From: Candidatus Saccharimonadales bacterium
GTDB taxonomy: Bacteria; Patescibacteriota; Saccharimonadia; Saccharimonadales; JANWIN01
Assembly: GCA_025449905.1 (NCBI GenBank)
Contig: JANWIN010000008.1
Location: forward strand, 4,642 to 68,641
DNA: 64,000 bases
Direction: 5' to 3'
In this document: piece by piece, positions 61,118 to 64,000 of the stretch
How the letters are laid out: the number at the start of each line of letters is the position of its first letter
Position numbering within the stretch: the stretch's first letter is position 1
Program-made: the position numbers and the translations under genes
Notes under the pieces: generated by a model
Seen by the model: the letters and a program-made list of their open reading frames with translations, nothing else
Told to the model about the DNA's origin: nothing
Database searches by the model: none

Positions 61118-61256
61118 TTGACACCAAAATAGAGCAGATGGTACATTAGTACATGCCATCGTGAGGTGGCAATGGGGATATCAGCAATGATATTTCCAGG
61201 AAAGGACCCCGTAAAAAGGGTTCTTTTCAATTTTAGGGCCCATTTTGGGCCTTTTT
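61118..61256 (+). ncRNA. candidate small RNA or cis-leader (orphan promoter-to-terminator unit)
   Basis: TTGACA (61118-23), 18-nt spacer, TACATT (61142-47). Hairpins GGATATCA/gcaa/TGATAT and GACCC...GGGTT, then terminator GGCCCA/ttt/TGGGCC plus T5 (61237-56). No ORF. Confidence 0.4.
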
Positions 61257-61305
61257 GCGTGCTATACTAAGCAAGCTTATTTATAAATATTAGGAGGAAT
61301 AACAG

Positions 61306-61779
61306 ATGTCCAGTACTGCAAAATCTCTAATTATCGCAGCAGTGGTGGCCGTCCTAGGTGTGGGAGCATTTTTAGCTTTTGGCGGCGGCAATGATAACAA
61401 AAATGAAACGACCGAGCCAACCACACAGACTCAAACACAACCCTCACAATCTTCAAATGATTCAACCTCAAATCAGAGTAATTCTGGCGAGTGTCTTGAT
61501 AACAAGACAGCTAGCGCTACCGTAACCTACACAAACAATGGTTTTGAGCCAGCAACCAGTACTATCAAGGTAAATGGCTTCATAAAATTTGTAAATAACT
61601 CTGATAATCCTTTCCAGCTGGATTCTGATCCGCACCCGGTACACACTGATGAGCCGGAGCTTAATGTCGGTGAGATTCCTAAAGGTTCAAGTTGTACAAT
61701 CACTATCACCGAGAAGGGTGACTGGGGCTTTCATAACCACCTCAACTCTGTTGATCGAGCCAGAGTAACCGTAAATTAG
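61306..61779 (+). CDS. secreted cupredoxin-fold-like protein
   Basis: Signal/anchor, S/T/Q-rich linker, and a ~95-aa beta domain with ...DSDPHPVHTDEPELNVG...HNHLN. Fold guess only. Confidence 0.5.
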   Translation: MSSTAKSLIIAAVVAVLGVGAFLAFGGGNDNKNETTEPTTQTQTQPSQSSNDSTSNQSNSGECLDNKTASATVTYTNNGFEPATSTIKVNGFIKFVNNSDNPFQLDSDPHPVHTDEPELNVGEIPKGSSCTITITEKGDWGFHNHLNSVDRARVTVN

Positions 61780-61809
61780 CCCTGGTATTAAGAGTTCTCG
61801 CGGTACAAT

Positions 61810-64000
61810 ATGCCTGTGAGCAAGTTTGAGAGCGAATACAAAAAGCTTAATCCAGCCCAAAAGCAGGCTGTTGACTATATTGAGGGCCCTTTGCTGGTTA
61901 TCGCCGGGCCGGGCACCGGTAAAACCCAACTTCTGACAACTCGGGTAGCCAATATTCTCTATAAAACTGATGTCCAGCCACAAAATATTCTATGCCTGAC
62001 CTTTACTGAGTCAGCTGCCTATGAAATGCGTCAACGCTTGGTCAACATGATTGGCCAACGAGCTTACAACATAACTATCAATACTTACCATGCTTTTGGC
62101 AGTGAGCTAATCGGTCGTTTTCCGGAATATTTTACAGATACCACGGACCTCCGGCCAGTTGATGAACTTGGACAGCATAGCATCGTCAAAAACATAATTG
62201 ATAATTTAAATTATGATAATCCTTTGAAAAATGCTAACAACTACGTCAAGGATGTCGTTGGTACGATTAGCGAGCTAAAAGTCGCTCTGCTAGAGCCTGA
62301 AGATATCAAAAAAATAGCTCAAGCTAACCTTAAGGACCTAGCTTTATTAAGCAAGCATACTAAGGTTGAGTTAAGCGGCCTGGTTCGGATAAGTTCTAAA
62401 TCAATTGACCTTTTTAAAAAGCTAGCCACCGCCACCAAGAAACTTAACAGCTCAAAGTATATAAGCCCGGGAATTTTAAGCTTGCCAAGCCTTTGGCAAC
62501 AGCAGTTGGAAGAGGCCCTTGAGCAGTGCGCCGTAAGTGGTAAAACTAAACCGCTAACCGAGTGGAAAAATAATTGGCTAATACGGGATGCTTCTAATAA
62601 TTTTGTGGCTGAAGGCGTTAATACTAATAAAAAGCTAGCGGCCCTAGCCGATATCTACGCCAGTTATCTCGAAAACCTAACAAGCCAAAAGCTGTTCGAT
62701 TACGACGATATGATACTGCATGCCGTAAGCGGGCTGGAAAAGTCACTGGAGCTACGCTACCGCTTACAAGAACAATATATGTACATCCTGCTGGACGAAT
62801 TTCAAGACACCAACGCCGCCCAACTAAAAATGGTTAAGCTGTTAAGCGACAACCCGTTGTTTGAAGGCAAGCCCAATGTCTTGGCAGTTGGCGACGACGA
62901 TCAGGCCATTTACGCTTTTCAGGGGGCCAACTACTCACATATGCTGACGTTTATGGCTATGTATAAGGGTGTTGAGCCAATCTCATTAACTGAAAACTAC
63001 CGCTCACATAAAGATGTTCTGCATCTTACCCATGGTATAGCCGAGCAGATTGAGGAGCGGCTGCACCATCACCTGAAAGATATAAATAAGCTGCTAAGCG
63101 CCGAAAACCGCCAGCTACCAGCCAAAGCTAGGGTTGAGCGACATGAGTTTAAGAGTGATGTTAGCGAATATGCTTGGATAGCTAAGCAAATAAGCACGTT
63201 AATAAAAAAGGGTGTTAAGCCCAGCGAAATCGCCGTATTAGCCCCAAAGCACCGCTATTTGGAGCCACTGGTGCCTTATTTAACCCGGGCCAACATTCCG
63301 CTGCGTTATGAAAAACGCGAAAATATCCTAGAAGACCCGCACATTAGCCAGTTAATTAGAATGAGCCAGCTGGTAATCTGCCTTCAGCAGAAAAATTACG
63401 GCGAGGCGGCCAGCTTGTGGCCAGAGGTTTTAAGCTACGATTTTTGGCAGCTGCCGACCGATCTTATCTGGCAATTATCGTGGCAAGCCAACGACACGCG
63501 ATCTGACTGGACTAACTTATTAGCCAACAATAGCCAAACTAAGCCGATAGCTATGTTTTTTAGTCGTCTTAGTAATCTTTTAAAAACTGAGACCCTGGAG
63601 ACCATACTTGATAGCTTAATTGGCATTACCCCACTGGACGCTACTGACTCCAAAAAGGCCTTCAGCTCACCGTTTTATGAGTATAATTTTGGCAAACCTG
63701 CCCGGGCTAAAAATTTACGTGGTTTTTGGAGCTTATTGTCCAATTTGACCGTCCTAAGACAACACTTACGCGAATATCGCCAAGCCGAAGATCAGGCCTT
63801 AATTCTGCCAGACCTTGTAAAATTCGCCGACGAGCACCGCGAGGCCAATATCAAAATACTTAACACCAGTCCTTATCACGAATCAGCTGAAGCCGTCCAA
63901 ATTATGACCGCCTACCGGGCTAAAGGTCAGGAGTTTGAGCACGTTTTTATTACGGCTTGCGTCGATGAAGTGTGGGGCTCCAAGGCTTCGTCGCAGTCTA
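61810..64000 (+). CDS. UvrD/PcrA-family helicase (3' end truncated by the window edge)
   Basis: Hand-translated from ATG 61810 as MPVSKFESEYKKLNPAQKQAVDYIEGPLLVIAGPGTGKTQLL...LTFTESAA...ILLDEFQDTN...GDDDQAIY. Open to the window end, so absent from the ORF track. Confidence 0.85.
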   Translation, partial: MPVSKFESEYKKLNPAQKQAVDYIEGPLLVIAGPGTGKTQLLTTRVANILYKTDVQPQNILCLTFTESAAYEMRQRLVNMIGQRAYNITINTYHAFGSELIGRFPEYFTDTTDLRPVDELGQHSIVKNIIDNLNYDNPLKNANNYVKDVVGTISELKVALLEPEDIKKIAQANLKDLALLSKHTKVELSGLVRISSKSIDLFKKLATATKKLNSSKYISPGILSLPSLWQQQLEEALEQCAVSGKTKPLTEWKNNWLIRDASNNFVAEGVNTNKKLAALADIYASYLENLTSQKLFDYDDMILHAVSGLEKSLELRYRLQEQYMYILLDEFQDTNAAQLKMVKLLSDNPLFEGKPNVLAVGDDDQAIYAFQGANYSHMLTFMAMYKGVEPISLTENYRSHKDVLHLTHGIAEQIEERLHHHLKDINKLLSAENRQLPAKARVERHEFKSDVSEYAWIAKQISTLIKKGVKPSEIAVLAPKHRYLEPLVPYLTRANIPLRYEKRENILEDPHISQLIRMSQLVICLQQKNYGEAASLWPEVLSYDFWQLPTDLIWQLSWQANDTRSDWTNLLANNSQTKPIAMFFSRLSNLLKTETLETILDSLIGITPLDATDSKKAFSSPFYEYNFGKPARAKNLRGFWSLLSNLTVLRQHLREYRQAEDQALILPDLVKFADEHREANIKILNTSPYHESAEAVQIMTAYRAKGQEFEHVFITACVDEVWGSKASSQS

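Overview
This 64-kb window comes from a small-genome bacterium that uses the standard code. TGA closes conserved genes such as infA and rplM.

Lineage (inference): most likely Patescibacteria/CPR, Saccharimonadia-like. The supporting observations are:
- no L30 gene between S5 and L15
- no adk/map after secY
- Cys-free L36, L33 and S14
- K/E-rich tails on many ribosomal proteins
- sortase and collagen-like surface genes

Backbone gene order:
- fusA-tuf and the S10/spc/alpha ribosomal superoperon (0.5-21 kb)
- a DAHP-synthase-like gene, then trpS-rluD-holB
- tRNA Thr-Tyr ... Thr
- pspC-rpmG-tRNATrp ... secE-nusG-rplK-rplA ... rplJ-rplL
- dnaX-dnaB, ybaB-recR, nrnA, an aldo/keto reductase, cysS
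- a minus-strand surface operon: 60-aa LPDTHG mini-protein, sortase, processive GT2, NodB deacetylase
- a collagen-like protein, a cupredoxin-like protein and a partial UvrD-family helicase

No rRNA, CRISPR array, transposase or integrase was seen.

Most interesting observations:
1. Three promoter / SD-less mini-ORF / alternative-hairpin / terminator units look like leader-peptide attenuators. A Leu-rich peptide precedes a short LeuA-family gene. A Thr/Ile-rich peptide precedes a 75-aa orphan. An F-W-F peptide precedes trpS.
2. Many orphan small ORFs sit at conserved ribosomal and housekeeping gene junctions with overlapping stop/start codons.
3. The sortase operon is led by a 60-aa protein that is little more than a sorting signal.
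4. A 44-bp nested-palindrome promoter motif is present twice.
5. A ~91-bp hairpin-bearing repeat is present twice in inverted orientation.
6. The tRNA-Trp 3' end is duplicated, and a 1.5-kb insert splits the Thr-Tyr-Thr tRNA cluster.
7. A tmk-dcd-tmk::thyX thymidylate module splits rplA from rplJ.

All calls were made by eye from the sequence and the ORF track. No database search was run.
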